DNA of 63,723 nucleotides, counting the filler, from Nemertoderma westbladi (lineage: Eukaryota > Animalia > Xenacoelomorpha), in the NCBI GenBank assembly GCA_032718475.1. It is 4 parts of 4 records of this genome, joined end to end, with 100 filler letters (N's around TTAATTAATTAA, not from the genome) between each part and the next. Parts side by side here need not be neighbours in the genome. Positions count along the whole stretch, not along the records: positions 44,765 to 57,116 come from JAUCBJ010000027.1; positions 57,217 to 63,723 come from JAUCBJ010000975.1; 2 more parts are not named here. One strand, written 5' to 3'. The first letter of the stretch is position 1, and each line of letters begins with the position of its first letter. Under the pieces are notes generated by a model. That model had not been told where the DNA came from. It made no database searches and worked only from the letters and a program-made list of their open reading frames with translations. Both the position numbers and the translations under genes were made by a program. Below are positions 50,254 to 63,684 of this stretch, in pieces.

Positions 50254-51772
50254 AGGACGATAAACTGGAATTAAATTCTAGTACGGAGGAGTTGTTTGAA
50301 GAATTTTATGATTTGTTTTTAATTGGAAAATAAATAAAATGTCAAAATATTTATAACAATCGTTTCCATGTAAATTCCTTCCTATCCCATATCAATATGT
50401 TCCATACATGACATCAAAAATCTGTATTTTTACATTTTCAAATAAATTTTTTGATATAAAATAACGATTTTCAGTTCACCATATACAACAGTTTTGTGTA
50501 TCACATTGTTATTAACAGGAAAAAAATATTGGAAGCCCCACTTTTCACGGAAAAGTTTCCCACAAATAGAAACTTTATGTTGTCACTGGATTAAAAATGT
50601 CTTATCCGTGACATAATTTTTATTTTTTTTTCTCCCTAGAAAACTTTGCACTTCGATCTGATATCTCTTGCCGAACACCTCAATACCAGCATTAAACGAC
50701 TGTTACTTCAAATTTTTAAGAATATGGACATAAAGTACGAAAAAAATGTTTATAAATTTCCCATATGTGACAAAAAATTTTTCTCAATTTTTGCATTCCG
50801 GAACGTTTCTCTCAATAACGGCCAAGACATTTTTGGGACACTTTCTGGTTTCATATGCAGAAATTGTCGCTGTTTCTAACCATCAATATGGCAAATTCTC
50901 AAAGTTCATTTCAAAATTTAAAAATCAGGTACGGGACATTGGTCAATATGGTTGGCATTGACCCATATGTAATAAAATTTATGAAATTCCACCAAAAATA
51001 TTTTACTTTACTTTTTTCGACGGGAAAAAAAGTAAAATCAATGCAATCCTATGGGTTACTTTTTTTCCCTACGGAAAAAAGGTGAAACTTTTCTCCCGAT
51101 TTTGGGGTAGGCCTATATTCGAGCGAAAAAGTAACAATTTAATGATAAAATATTTATAATGTTTTCCTTATTTGGCAGTGTTTTTGTTATTACGTTTTAA
51201 TTCGGGCGGTGTGATAATTTTGGTTTTATTTAAGTTTTGGATGAATTTTCAAATTTGCCATAAATAAAGTGGATTCCACTTTATACACGAAAATTTAATT
51301 TTTCTTTTAAAATTCGGAATCAGCCATAACATTTGAAATTAGCATCCGCATAAAAAGAATAACCGCGGGAAAAAAAACTGTGGGTGACCCCCCCCCCCCC
51401 CCCCCCCCCCCAAGATTATTACTGTATATTATTGTTATACTGTAGTTTAATACTTTATAATATACTCAGTAAGTTAAAATGATTAATAACAGATGTGTGC
51501 TACATACCGTTCTACTTCTATTACCGATTAATAACAAAAGCACCAAAATATTAGTATCTCAAAGGAACATTATTATAAACTTATTATTATATTATATTGC
51601 ATTACATACAGTATGTAGCCCTAACTATATATTAATACGTCATATAACGCAATTTATACTCTAAACAAGTGCGATAAATATATATAAATTATTATTATTT
51701 TATCTACTTATTTTGCTACATGTTTGGAATTCTATAAAAATTTGCGGAGGTTCGGTTCTTTTTACAAAAGTA

Positions 51773-52678
51773 CACCATGTCCCAGAATATAGTGTCGTAA
51801 TTCAGTGACACCCCCCCCCCCCCCCCCCCCCCCTCTAATTTTTCTACAAATCTTAATGAGATTGCATGAAATTTGAAACAGAGATAGTTTCACCTCCCGA
51901 CCACTGACTGGGTGAGCCAGAATTTTTATTTTTGCTTTCAATCTTTAGCTACAAGCGTTTAAAAAAAGTGTCTCCAGCGATATTACACCAGTTACACCGC
52001 AGTTATTATTCTACCTTATAGTTGTTTGTTGGTACCAATGGAAAGCTGGTCCTGCAAGGATTCCAAATATGTAACTCAATTTGAATTTCGTTGAAAAATA
52101 GCTGAGATATGAGGGTTCAAATGTTGCATGGTTTTGCACCTTCGCGAGGCTATTTTATTCTATTTAATAAATAAACCATATTCTAGAACATTTTTTAAAT
52201 GTATGAATAGCTACGTAATAGTATGATTAAAGATGTAATGCATTGTTGCCCAGCTACGTATTTGGATAAACAAAATATTCCAGAATATGATGCATTTATT
52301 AAATATAATAAAATAGCCTCGCATAGGTGCATAACCATGCAACATTTGAACGCCAATATCTCCGCTATTGTTCAACGAAATTCAAATTGTGTTACATGGA
52401 ATCCTTGTACGGTCAGCTTTCTATCAGTACCAACAAATCACTATAAGGTTGAAGAATAACTGCGGTGTAACTGGTGTAATATCGCTGGAGACACTTTTTT
52501 TAAACGCTTGTAGCTAAAGATTGAAAGCAAAAATAAAAATTCTGGCTCACCCAGTCAGTGGTCGGGAGGTGAAACTATCTCTGTTTCAAATTTCATGCAA
52601 TCTCATTACGATTTGTAAAAAAATTAGGGGGGGGGGGGGGCGTCACTGAGTTACGACACTATATTCTGGGACATGGTG
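51773..52678. mobile_element. Tc1/mariner-type palindromic MITE, TA TSD
   Basis: TA|CACCATGTCCCAGAATATAGTGTCGTAA...TTACGACACTATATTCTGGGACATGGTG|TA; arms ~400 bp; related partial copy at 48590-48790. Confidence 0.88.
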
Positions 52679-53372
52679 TATGTGGATAGAATTATTATTG
52701 AGCCAAATTACATACTTTATGAACCATAACTACTACAAATTATATAAGTTAGCGATTAATTTTAATGATTGTGTAGTGATATGACATCAAATCAAAATAC
52801 AAAAAATGAGATTAATTTATTTCTAAAATGACGCAATAAAGAGATATGTCTAATAAAATGAATAATCCTTCAATTTTAATTTTATTTATATTATTATTAT
52901 TATATTATTATATATTTTAGTTTGTGATAGAATTATAAATTTAATTTAATTATAGTAGAATTTATAATATACGTAAAAGAAACAACAACGTTCACAAATG
53001 CAAATAGATTTTTAAGCACATGACAGTTAATTTCATAAAAGCACCATAACAATGATAAAAACCTTGTACAAATAAACCGAATCTTGTATGTAGCCTCCCT
53101 ATATACATCGAAAGCGACTGGAAAATATTTTTGTAACAAATAAAACCATAAACCATAGCGGATTGTTCAGCGTTTCTTTTATAAAAAAGCACATTAACAC
53201 ACAAATACTATATGTAGTGTAAAAAGGCTATGTTATATAAAAGTTAGTAAAACTAAAAGCTATAAAATTCACATAAATACTCTCATGCACTTAGGTGATG
53301 TTCAGATATTTGTGAAGTGAAGTGATTGGCTGTTTAAATTAACATGTTTGGCCTCTTCTGACGTTGCAGGAG

Positions 53373-54128
53373 ATGATTGGTTGGTTACTAAAGACTAGGT
53401 GGCGGCGGGCTCTCCTGTTTGATGTGTGGGATCTGATTGGTTGGTTACTAAAGACTTGGTGGCGGCGGGCTCTCCTGTTTGATGTGTGGGATCTGATTGG
53501 TTGGTTACTAAACACTTGGTGGCGGCGGGCTCTCCTGTTTGATGTGTGGGATCTGATTGGTTGGTTACTAAAGACTAGGTGGCGGCGGGCTCTCCTGTTT
53601 GATGTGTGGGATCTGATTGGTTGGATACTAAAGACTTGGTGGCGGCGGGCTCTCCTGTTTGATGTGTGGGATCTGATTGGTTGGTTACTAAAGACTTGGT
53701 GGCGGCGGGCTCTCCTGTTTGATGTGTGGGATCTGATTGGTTGGATACTAAACACTTGGTGGCGGCGGGCTCTCCTGTTTGATGTGTGGGATCTGATTGG
53801 TTGGTTACTAAAGACTTGGTGGCGGCGGGCTCTCCTGTTTGATGTGTGGGATCTGATTGGTTGGTTACTAAAGACATGGTGGCGGCGGGCTCTCCTGTTT
53901 GATGTGTGGGATCTAATTGGTTGGATACTAAACACTTGGTGGCGGCGGGCTCTCCTGTTTGATGTGTGGGATCTGATTGGTTGGTTACTAAACACTTGGT
54001 GGCGGCGGGCTCTCCTGTTTGATGTGTGGGATCTGATTGGTTGGTTACTAAACACTTGGTGGCGGCGGGCTCTCCTGTTTGATGTTTGGGATCTGATTGG
54101 TTGGTTACTGAAGACTTGGTGGCGGCGG
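53373..54128. repeat. 60-bp tandem repeat, ~12.5 highly homogeneous copies
   Basis: TGATTGGTTGGTTACTAAAGACTTGGTGGCGGCGGGCTCTCCTGTTTGATGTGTGGGATC. Confidence 0.97.
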
Positions 54129-54227
54129 ATTCGTCTGCAGGACGTTTTGACGTATCCCATTGTTTGGCGGAAACGGAAGCGGCGAGTTCCAATTGCTAAA
54201 AAGTTAATAAAACATTTCCTATAAATC

Positions 54228-56845
54228 CTCGTCCGCACACATTGCAGTGACAGACTCCTTGCCGTATTGTAGTAACAGACTCCTCGCCGCACGCATTGCA
54301 GTAACAGACTCCTTGCCGTACATACACATTGCAGTAACAGATTCCTCGTCCGCACACATTGCAGTAACAGACTCCTCGTCCGTACACATTGCAGTAACAG
54401 ACTCCTTGCCGCACACATTGCAGTAACAGACTCCTTGCCGTCCGCACACATTGCAGTAACAGACTCCTTGCCGCACACATTGCAGTAACAGACTCCTTGC
54501 CGCACGCACACATTGCAGTAACAGACTCCTTGCCGCACCCATTGCAGTAACAGACTCATTGCCACACATTGCAGTAACAGACTCCTCGTCCGTACACATT
54601 GCAGTAACAGACTCCTTGCCGCACACATTGCAGTAACAGACTCCTTGCCGTCCGCACACATTGAAGTAACAGACTCCTTGCCTCACACATTGCAGTAACA
54701 GACTCCTCGTCCGTAGACATTGCAGTAACAGACTCCTTGCCATCCGCACACATTGCAGTAACAGACTCCTTGCCGCACACATTGCAGTAACAGACTCCTT
54801 GCCGCACGCACACATTGCAGTAACAGACTCATTGCCACACATTGCAGTCACAGACTCCTCGTCCGTACACATTGCAGTAACAGACTCCTTGCCGCACACA
54901 TTGCAGTAACAGACTCCTTGCCGTCCGCACACATTGCAGTAACAGACTCCTCGTCCGTACACATTGCAGTAACAGACTCCTTGCCGCACACATTGCAGTA
55001 ACAGACTCCTTGCCGCACACATTGCAGTAACAGACTCCTTGTCGTCCGCACACATTGCAGTAACAGACTCCTCGTCCGTACACATTGCAGTAACAGACTC
55101 CTTGCCGCACACATTGCAGTAACAGACTCCTTGCCGTCCGCACACATTGCAGAAACAGACTCCTTGCCGCACACATTGCAGTAACAGACTCCTTGCCGCA
55201 CGCACACATTGCAGTAACAGACTCATTGCCACACATTGCAGTAACAGACTCCTCGTCCGTACACATTGCAGTAACAGACTCCTCGTCCGTACACATTGTA
55301 GTAACAGATTCCTTGCCGTCCGCACACATTGCAGAAACAGACTCCTTGCCGCACACATTGCAGTAACAGGCAGTAACAGACTCCTTGCCGCACACATTGC
55401 AGAAACAGACTCCTTGCCGCACACATTGCAGTAACAGACTCCTTGCCGCACGCACACATTGCAGTAACAGACTCATTGCCACACATTGCAGTAACAGACT
55501 CCTCGTCCGTACACATTGCAGTAACAGATTCCTCGCCCGCACACATTGCAGTAACAGACTCATTGCTGCATACATTGCAGTAACAGACTCCTCGTCCGTA
55601 CAAATTGCAGTAACAGACTCCTTGCCGCACACATTGCAGTAACAGACTCCTTGCCGCACACATTGCAGTAACAGACTCCTCGTCCGTACAAATTGCAGTA
55701 ACAGACTCATTGCCGCACACATTGCAGTAACAGACTCCTTGCCGTCCGCACACATTGCAGTAACAGACTCCTCGTCCGTACACATTGCAGTAACAGACTC
55801 CTTGCCGCACACATTGCAGTAACAGACTCCTTGCCGCACACATTGCAGTAACAGACTCCTTGTCGTCCGCACACATTGCAGTAACAGACTCCTCGTCCGT
55901 ACACATTGCAGTAACAGACTCCTTGCCGCACACATTGCAGTAACAGACTCCTTGCCGTCCGCACACATTGCAGAAACAGACTCCTTGCCGCACACATTGC
56001 AGTAACAGACTCCTTGCCGCACGCACACATTGCAGTAACAGACTCATTGCCACACATTGCAGTAACAGACTCCTCGTCCGTACACATTGCAGTAACAGAC
56101 TCCTCGTCCGTACACATTGTAGTAACAGATTCCTTGCCGTCCGCACACATTGCAGAAACAGACTCCTTGCCGCACACATTGCAGTAACAGGCAGTAACAG
56201 ACTCCTTGCCGCACACATTGCAGAAACAGACTCCTTGCCGCACACATTGCAGTAACAGACTCATTGCCACACATTGCAGTAACAGACTCCTCGTCCGTAC
56301 ACATTGCAGTAACAGATTCCTCGTCCGCACACATTGCAGTAACAGACTCATTGCTGCATACATTGCAGTAACAGACTCCTCGTCCGTACAAATTGCAGTA
56401 ACAGACTCCTTGCCGCACACATTGCAGTAACAGACTCCTTGCCGCACACATTGCAGTAACAGACTCCTCGTCCGTACAAATTGCAGTAACAGACTCATTG
56501 CCGCACACATTGCAGTAACAGACTCCTTGCCGTCCGCACACATTGCAGGAACAGACTCCTCGTCCGTACACATTGCAGTAACAGACTCCTTGCCGCACAC
56601 ATTGCAGTAACAGACTCATTGCCACACATTGCAGTAACACACTCCTTGCCGCACACATTGCAGTAACAGACTCCTTGCCGCACACATTGCAGTAACAGAC
56701 TCATTGCCACACATTGCAGTAACAGACTCCTTGCCGCACACATTGCAGTAACAGACTCATTGCCGCACAAATTGCAGTAACAGACTCCTCGTCCGTACAA
56801 ATTGCAGTAACAGACTCATTGCCTCACGCATTGCAGATCAGACTC
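54228..56845. repeat. Variant-unit minisatellite (27-33 bp) with constant CACATTGCAGTAACAGACTC core
   Basis: Core followed by CTTGCCG, CTCGTCCGT, ATTGCC or CTTGCCGTCCG variants; ~821-bp higher-order duplication (55147 vs 55968). Confidence 0.95.
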
Positions 56846-57116
56846 CCTGTGTAACAATTATATTATTGTGTAACAACTTAGGACATCATTTTATATCATC
56901 GCTATATCATCATACTTTATTATGTATATATTCGTTTTTTTCAAAGGTTTAAAACAAACTTATAAATTTGAGATTGAAATTATAGTTGTTAAAAAGACCT
57001 ACGGGTGGGGTGAGGTGGGGGGGGGGGGGGGGGGGGCGGTTGGGTGCGGTTGGTGCAACAAATAATTAGGGCACATACCGACTGCACCAAACAACTTCAC
57101 CAAAATGCCGAATACC

Positions 57117-57216
57117 NNNNNNNNNNNNNNNNNNNNNNNNNNNNNNNNNNNNNNNNNNNNTTAATTAATTAANNNNNNNNNNNNNNNNNNNNNNNNNNNN
57201 NNNNNNNNNNNNNNNN
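57117..57216. other. Assembly gap/spacer
   Basis: N44-TTAATTAATTAA-N44. Confidence 0.98.
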
Positions 57217-58330
57217 GGGGTGGTCAATATGACCCCCCCGTGGTTTTTTTATTATAATTCTGAAACAAACGCAGTTGAGTATCTGAAATTTTATGACTTT
57301 TCCTAAAAATCTATTGTCTTCCTAGTAGTGAAAACCGTTTTCAAAAATATTGGGTAGTTTTCGAGTTATAGCACCATTTTTTAACCCTACTTTTGGCACT
57401 TTTTTTGAGGCGTTTTTTGAAAATTTCATTTCATTAAATATGAATTGTAACATCTCTATTTTTGATTTACACCGGTTTTTTGGTGTTAGCAATTGGATGG
57501 AATTCATATAAATTGATTTAGAAATTTCAAACTTGTTATTTTCGGCGGGTGCCAAATTTTGGTGCCAGCACCAAATTTTGAAATATGTCAATTTTGTAAA
57601 TAGATTGTTTGAAACTTGTTTTTTGCGCAATTGGGGTTTTTTTGGGTTCTGGTTTCGATGAAATATATACGAGTTGCACCAAGCGTATCAAACTTGTATT
57701 TTTCGTTGCTGTGTGCAAATTTTGGTGCTAGCACGAAATTTTGAAAATCCATTCAATAGATAAAATTGCTTGTAACAATTTATTTCTTGCGTTATAGAGG
57801 TTTATGGGTGTTCTGAAATCAATGGAATATATAATTATCAAACTAGACATATCAAACTTGTATTTTTCGGAAGTGGGTGCAAAATGTGGTGCTAGCACCA
57901 CAATTTGAAATCCATCAAATACATCAATTGATTGTGTCACCTTGTTTCTTGCGTTATACGGGTTTGTGAGGGTTCTGAATTCAATGGAATCAGTAAAAAT
58001 TTCATACGAGTTTTCAAACTTGTAATTTTCGCCGGTGGTTGAAAATTTTTGTGCCAGCACCAAATTTTGGAAAATATACAAATTGATCAGAAGATAGTAT
58101 TATCTTGTTTCTTGCGTTATACGGGTTTATGAGCGTCCTGAATCCGATGGAATCAATAAAAACAGCACTGGACATCGCAAACTTGTACTTTTTGGTGATG
58201 GGTACGAAATTTGGTGCTAGCACCAACATTTGCCAAATTACGCAGAAAAATACAAGTTGCAATGATCTTGCATATTAGAAATGTATTCCATTAGAATCAG
58301 CGCCCAATAAAACCTAAAAAAATGAATTTA
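57217..58330. repeat. DNA-transposon-like end with internal ~163-bp degenerate tandem repeat
   Basis: Palindrome TGGTGCTAGCACCA or variants at ~57560, 57723, 57887, 58050, 58211; GGTCAATATGACC hairpin at the contig start. Confidence 0.6.
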
Positions 58331-58479
58331 TAGCATCGTATAATTGAATTAAAAATTCAAACTGAAAAGTGGCTGGTACTGACATTGGTGGGCTCGCTGG
58401 AGCAGGTACCAACACTGGCAGGGTAGCTGGGGTGGATACTGACGCAGGCAGGGTTGCTAGGGCTTTAACTTAGACGTTA

Positions 58480-59180
58480 GATAACTTTGATAAGACATAA
58501 TGTTATATGAGTGTTCCAGGATAACTTTTGATCAATTTGAATTCCTAGGTACTTAACCGACGCTGACATAGTTAAAGATTTTTAGTGTTAATTTTTATAG
58601 AGTTTTGAAATTGGGATCTTTCTAGTTTGTTTGACGCTACCATAAATTCGTTTTTTTTTGTATTTATTGATAATCTATTGGAAATTAGCCAGTCTTGTAT
58701 ATTTTTAAGTTCTGTGTTTATGGTCGTCACTAAGGAAGTCGCGTCATTGTTTCTACAAAGAAAACTTGAGTCGTCCGCGAAAAGTTCTGTATATAATTTA
58801 GAAGCATTTGGTATGTCGTTAATATATAGTAAAAAGAAAATGTAACCTAAGATTGAACCCTGTGCTATCCCGCATGTGATTTTTTGAAAGGTTGAAATTG
58901 AATTATCAATTTTGGTAAATTGGAGTCGATTTTGGAAATAATTTTTGAAAAGTTTTATTTGGAATCCGCGAATTCCGTAGTGTTCAAGCTTTTTTACAAG
59001 GATCGAGTGGTTTACTGTGTCATATGCCTCTTTTATATCCATATATATTATACATCCATTTAACCGGGTGTCTAATATATCACCAATTTTTTCCGTCATT
59101 GCCAAAATAGCTTGAAATGGGGATCTTTTTTCCGGAATCCGTATTGGTGAGTGTATAGGAGGACAAATTTTTGCAGGTAA
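58480..59180 (-). mobile_element. Degenerate LINE reverse transcriptase fragment (CR1/L2 group)
   Basis: YMDIKEAYDTVNH, KLEHYGIRG, CGIAQGSILG, LYINDI, LFADDS, WLISNRLSINTKK. Confidence 0.85.
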
Positions 59181-59769
59181 TTAGCTAACATATTAGATTT
59201 CTTCGCAGCTACAGACTGAGACAGAGCTGCACCTGCACTTATTAATATCTCAGCCTAGCGGAATCATAGAGGAGTACAGGAGGCTTATTTGGGCAAATTA
59301 ATTTTATTATTGTTTGTTTATTTCTGCAAACACTAAATTAAATAATATTTAAATTAAATAATATTATTTTATTGATATCTTTTTAGTTTTTGGCTTGTTG
59401 GTCTTGGTAGTTAGCTAGCTGAATTATCAAATTTGTTCGCGGTATTTCAACTTTTCCTAACGCGAGTTGAATATTTTTTGGATTTATTTAAAATGATTAT
59501 TCCGATATCACTACTGGGTGCGGGAACATGGGTTTTGGGCACATTAAATGGACTGGGGGCGATTTATGGGCGAATATTGGGGCGACTTACGGGGTACGGG
59601 ACTCATTTCATGTATATAAGGGCCAGGGGTGGGAGGCAAAGTTAAGCAGTATTCAGGTTTCCCTGATTACTATTAGGCCTAGCCAACTTCCTGCTGCCCG
59701 TAGAGGTGGATTTGGTAACTCGCTAGGTCTAAAGGACGAGGACTGCCCTTAGCGGTCCCTGGCCAACAG

Positions 59770-60540
59770 CAGTTATTACGAGCCTGAAAAGGACATCGGA
59801 AAGTCTGCTGCTTGTGTCAGGGATTTGCGACGGGACACGACGACAGACCCCTAGCCAAGCCGTACTGGTTCCTGATGACCGATCCCTTCGGGGTTTGGGA
59901 AGGGTGGTACGGACACGCGAACGGGTCGACCGACTAACAGAGGAAGAGTTCAACAAGGACTGCTTCCTGGAGTGGGTTCCACGACCGGCGTTAGTACGAG
60001 CCTGAATAAGGACTCGGAAAACCACCAACTGTTGGGGCTCAAAATGGGCTGACAGACCCCTTGCCAAGCCGTACTGGTTCCTGACTGATCCCTTCGGGGT
60101 GAGGAAAGGGTGGGACGGAACGCAACGGGGTCGAAAGACAAAGGACTGGACTCTACTGGCCTACCGACTGTTCGGAGCAGTTTCTCGGCTGCCGAAGCGA
60201 CTACGAGCCTGAATAAGGACTCGGAAAGCCTAGGTGGTTGGGTCTCTGCGATGAACCGACGGACCCCTAGCCAAGCCGTACTGGTTCCCGATGACCGATC
60301 CCTTTGGGGTTCGGGAGGGGTGGGACGGACACGCGAATGGGTCCACCGACATGACAGACCCCTAGCCAAGCCGTACTGGTTCCCGATGACCGATCCCTTC
60401 GGGGTTCGGGAGGGGTGGTACGGATACGCGACAGGGTCTACCGACTGGACCGACCCTTAGCCAAGCCGTACTGGTTCCTGATGACCGATCCCTTCTGGGT
60501 TCGGGAAGGGTGGGACGTACACGCAACAGGGTCGACCGAC
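59770..60540. repeat. GC-rich structured repeat array (core recurring at 207, 207, 95, 95 bp spacing)
   Basis: CCAAGCCGTACTGGTTCC(C/T)GATGACCGATCCCTTCGGGG at ~59856, 60064, 60271, 60366, 60461. Confidence 0.8.
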
Positions 60541-61787
60541 ACCGACACTACGGCACCGAGACTAGGACCGAGGGAAAATCGGGGAACATTAGTTAGGCTA
60601 AAATCTGAGCGAACAGTGGGTAATTAAATAATATACTGTAGGGATTTATATTGTCATGTTATATTATTGTGAATATTTGGTGTATATTGGTTTGGGGAAG
60701 CCCAACTTATTCTCAATCAAGGTTCAACTGTAGGGAAGTTACATTAAAGAGTATATCCAACCAATGAAACTTTTCCTCAACCGCAATCTTGCATTTAAGA
60801 ACGTATTCCTTCTCAACAACCAATATCCGGTGACTGGCCGGGATTCTGTGGTCTGAAAAGTTCCGCCTCCAGCATCGGCGTTTTCCCCCATGGTGTCGGG
60901 AATAACGGCAACAAAATTATTTAACAGAGAGAAAGCTGCCCCAATATTAAATTATAAAAACAACATTTCCATTGGGTAAGGAAGTGGAGGAAAGCCTGAG
61001 TTTTAATTTAGTTAATATTACACGATCAATTTTCACTCGTCATGAACCCAACATGCATGTAACCTTTTGTTAAATTTGTTGGCTATTCGTTTGCGGCTGT
61101 TTGGGCAGGGTGTTGTACACTTTTCACACTGAAACATTTTGGTTGTGAAATCAAAGATATTTGATTTATATTTTATTATGAGAGGAATTGAACATACAAC
61201 GTAGTTACTGTATGTAACGAAATAATTGTTTTGGTGTTTAACTTGGAAGCCTCCCCAAATATTTGATATATAATTATATTTAAATTATTTCCGTGGTCAT
61301 GGCAGCATGGTCATTCACCCGTCTTTAGTTAGAATTTTGTTTGCCTGAAAGACAGTTTAGAGTTCTAAATTACGAATATTATGGATATTATCTCTTATCT
61401 GCCTGGATTAATAATATAGGATAGGATAAATGGAAGCAAGGTGTGACAGTAACAAATATATCCCCAACACCCGAGCATGTCTTAAGAGTATGATATCTCA
61501 AAGAGGGAAGTTTGGATTGATGTAGTTCACCAAACTTCTCCCGAATGCACACTGTCACATAACATAATTCTATAAGCAATATAATCGTAATCTTAAAGCA
61601 ATATAAGCTCTTAAAGTCAGCCACCTATTAAGGGGGGGGGGGGGGGGGGGGGGGGGTTGTATCACCCATAAATTGAACTTCACATTTTGGTGTCCCTGTT
61701 GGGTTTTGAAGAAACAACAATAATAAGAAAAACATGAGGAATGACAATAAGTACTGTATATTATAATATATTGTTTAATTACTGTAA

Positions 61788-62390
61788 TCTAATATATATA
61801 AATCTGCTCAGTTTGTATGTAAATTTGTATGTATGTATGTATGTCCATCGATACACGTCGTCAGATTTCGCTGTCACTACTTGCTTTGTGGCTCATTCCA
61901 TGCGTATTAACACGATGCAGACAGCTTTTACTGTCTCCGGGATTAATTTTATACGTTTGTTTGCGCGAATGCGTATTTTGTGTTCGTTCGGGCGAAATTT
62001 ATCGAATTATTTCGGTTCTTCTATCGGTAATTAATTATTTAGAGGGCTAACATTTATCCCACCTGGTATAAAATTAACATGGGTAGATTCGCCGTGTCCC
62101 ATTCTCACAAAGTTTTTAATTTATTCGAGTGTTTAATATAAATATGTATGATTATTTATTGATTAAAAATCAAATAGTGTATAAATATGTCATATTCGCC
62201 AAGCACGATCGAAATTTATCCCACCTGGTATAAAATTAACATGGGTAGATTCGCTGTGTCCCATTCTCACAAAGTTTTTATTTTATTCGAGTGTTTAATA
62301 TAAATATGTATGATTATTTATTGATTAAAAATCAAATAGTGTATAAATATGTCATATTCGCCAAGCACGATCGAATTGGCCTATTGTTAG
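61788..62390 (+). mobile_element. Non-autonomous Helitron-like element with internal 162-bp tandem duplication
   Basis: A|TCTAATATATATAAA start, (GTAT)n microsatellite, duplication 62052-62213/62214-62375, GCCAA...TTGGC hairpin then TTAG|T. Confidence 0.55.
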
Positions 62391-62662
62391 TGAATAGGGA
62401 AGGATTTTTATCTGTATCATAGCAACGTTAAGGTAATTATTGAACTCGCAGCTAGCTGGCTGGGCACAGATAAGGAGCAAGCCAGGCTGGAGTGTTGATT
62501 GGGGTGGGTTGTCTGTTGGGAACTGTCCAAGAGTAATTCTGCTTTCTCAATCAAAGGCTGCATGGAAGGAGAGGTTTATAACATTATTAGCTATTTTATT
62601 GTTTTACTGTAGTAAAGCGATTATTTTTCTGTAGGCCTTCTTACTGTATTATTATTATTTTA

Positions 62663-63684
62663 TCTAATCGAATATACCGGTATATAAAAATCAATTGTCT
62701 GTGTATCTGTTTGTCATCGGCTATACAATCAAACCCATCTCGATGAAATCTCGCTTACTATAGCTTGTTAGAAAGGTCTCACCCTAACTCGTTGCAACGT
62801 AATATTCAGAGCCATCTGAAGTTCCACCATCTGCCGCTAGAGGGTGAATTGTCTTAATTGAAAATCTTCTCTAACTTTGTTATTTACAATCCGTTTAAGA
62901 TAAAACTTTGCAGTTGTCTAATTTAGCAAAGGCTGCATTTTTACAGAGACACAGATAAATCTGCATTTCTCAGTCTGCCGCTAGAGGGCGAAATCACTGA
63001 AAGTGACCACCTTCTCCAACTTTGTTATTTACAATCCGTTTAGACTGGAACTTGGTAGGCATATATTACAGCATAGGCTATATCTTTACGGAGTCTTAGA
63101 GTCGTATACAGTTCCCCCGTCTGCCGCTAGATGGCGAATTGTCTGATAGTGAAAACCTGATCTCATTTGGTTGTTTTTAATTCTTTTCAGCTGAAACTTG
63201 GTAGGTATCTACTACAGCATAGGCTTAATCTTTACGGAGTCGCTGAGTCGTCTATAATTCCCCAGTCTTCAGCTAGAGGGCGAAATGTCTGAAAGTGAAC
63301 ATTTTCTCGAAATTTTGTTATTTACATGTTTACTGATTAAGCTGTACTGTTTAAGCTGAAACTTGACAAGCATAGGCATCTTACTTCACCTTCACCATAA
63401 ACTCCATCTTTACAGAACTGCAGCGCCATGCTGCATTTCACCAGTCGCAGTCTGCAGGTAGAGGGTAAAATGTCCGAAAGTGATCATTCTCTCGAAATTA
63501 TGTTATTTACAATAACCTGAAGCTAAAGTTGAAACAGTTATCTCCTATGGGGCGGTGTTTTATTTTATGATGGTGTCTGTTTCGATGTAGTTCTCCAATC
63601 TGCGAAACATTTCTCCACACATATTCATATATCCTCTGCACGTGCACTAGAAAGCTGTGACACGAAGGGCCACAGGCTCTCTAG
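62663..63684 (+). mobile_element. Non-autonomous Helitron-like element carrying ~145-bp tandem repeats
   Basis: A|TCTAAT...TATATAAAAAT...GTCTGTGTATCTGTTTGTC start; 3' hairpin CTGTGAC-ACGAAGG-GCCACAG then CTAG|T. Confidence 0.7.

Noticed and set aside
49414-50274. 286-aa and 241-aa repeat ORFs
   Set aside because: Artefact of a 36-bp unit; no non-repetitive coding flanks
53339-56800. Long Cys-rich or Arg-rich ORFs of 200-440 aa
   Set aside because: Translations of minisatellites that are open in several frames on both strands
54228-56845. CRISPR-like array (constant 20-bp core with variable intervening sequence)
   Set aside because: Variable parts are only 7-13 nt, drawn from a few recurring variants; no cas genes; eukaryotic context
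59868-59935. Hammerhead from CTGATGA at ~59872 and ~60478 (also 1154)
   Set aside because: No correctly placed GAAA and NUH with closing stems
59810-60345. Canonical HDV-like ribozyme
   Set aside because: L3 (UCCNCG-like) and P1.1 GG are not present; kept only as a structured-repeat finding
60720-60900. Chromodomain-like fragment on the minus strand (EKEYVLKCKIAVEEKFHWLD)
   Set aside because: Too short and weak to support without a profile search
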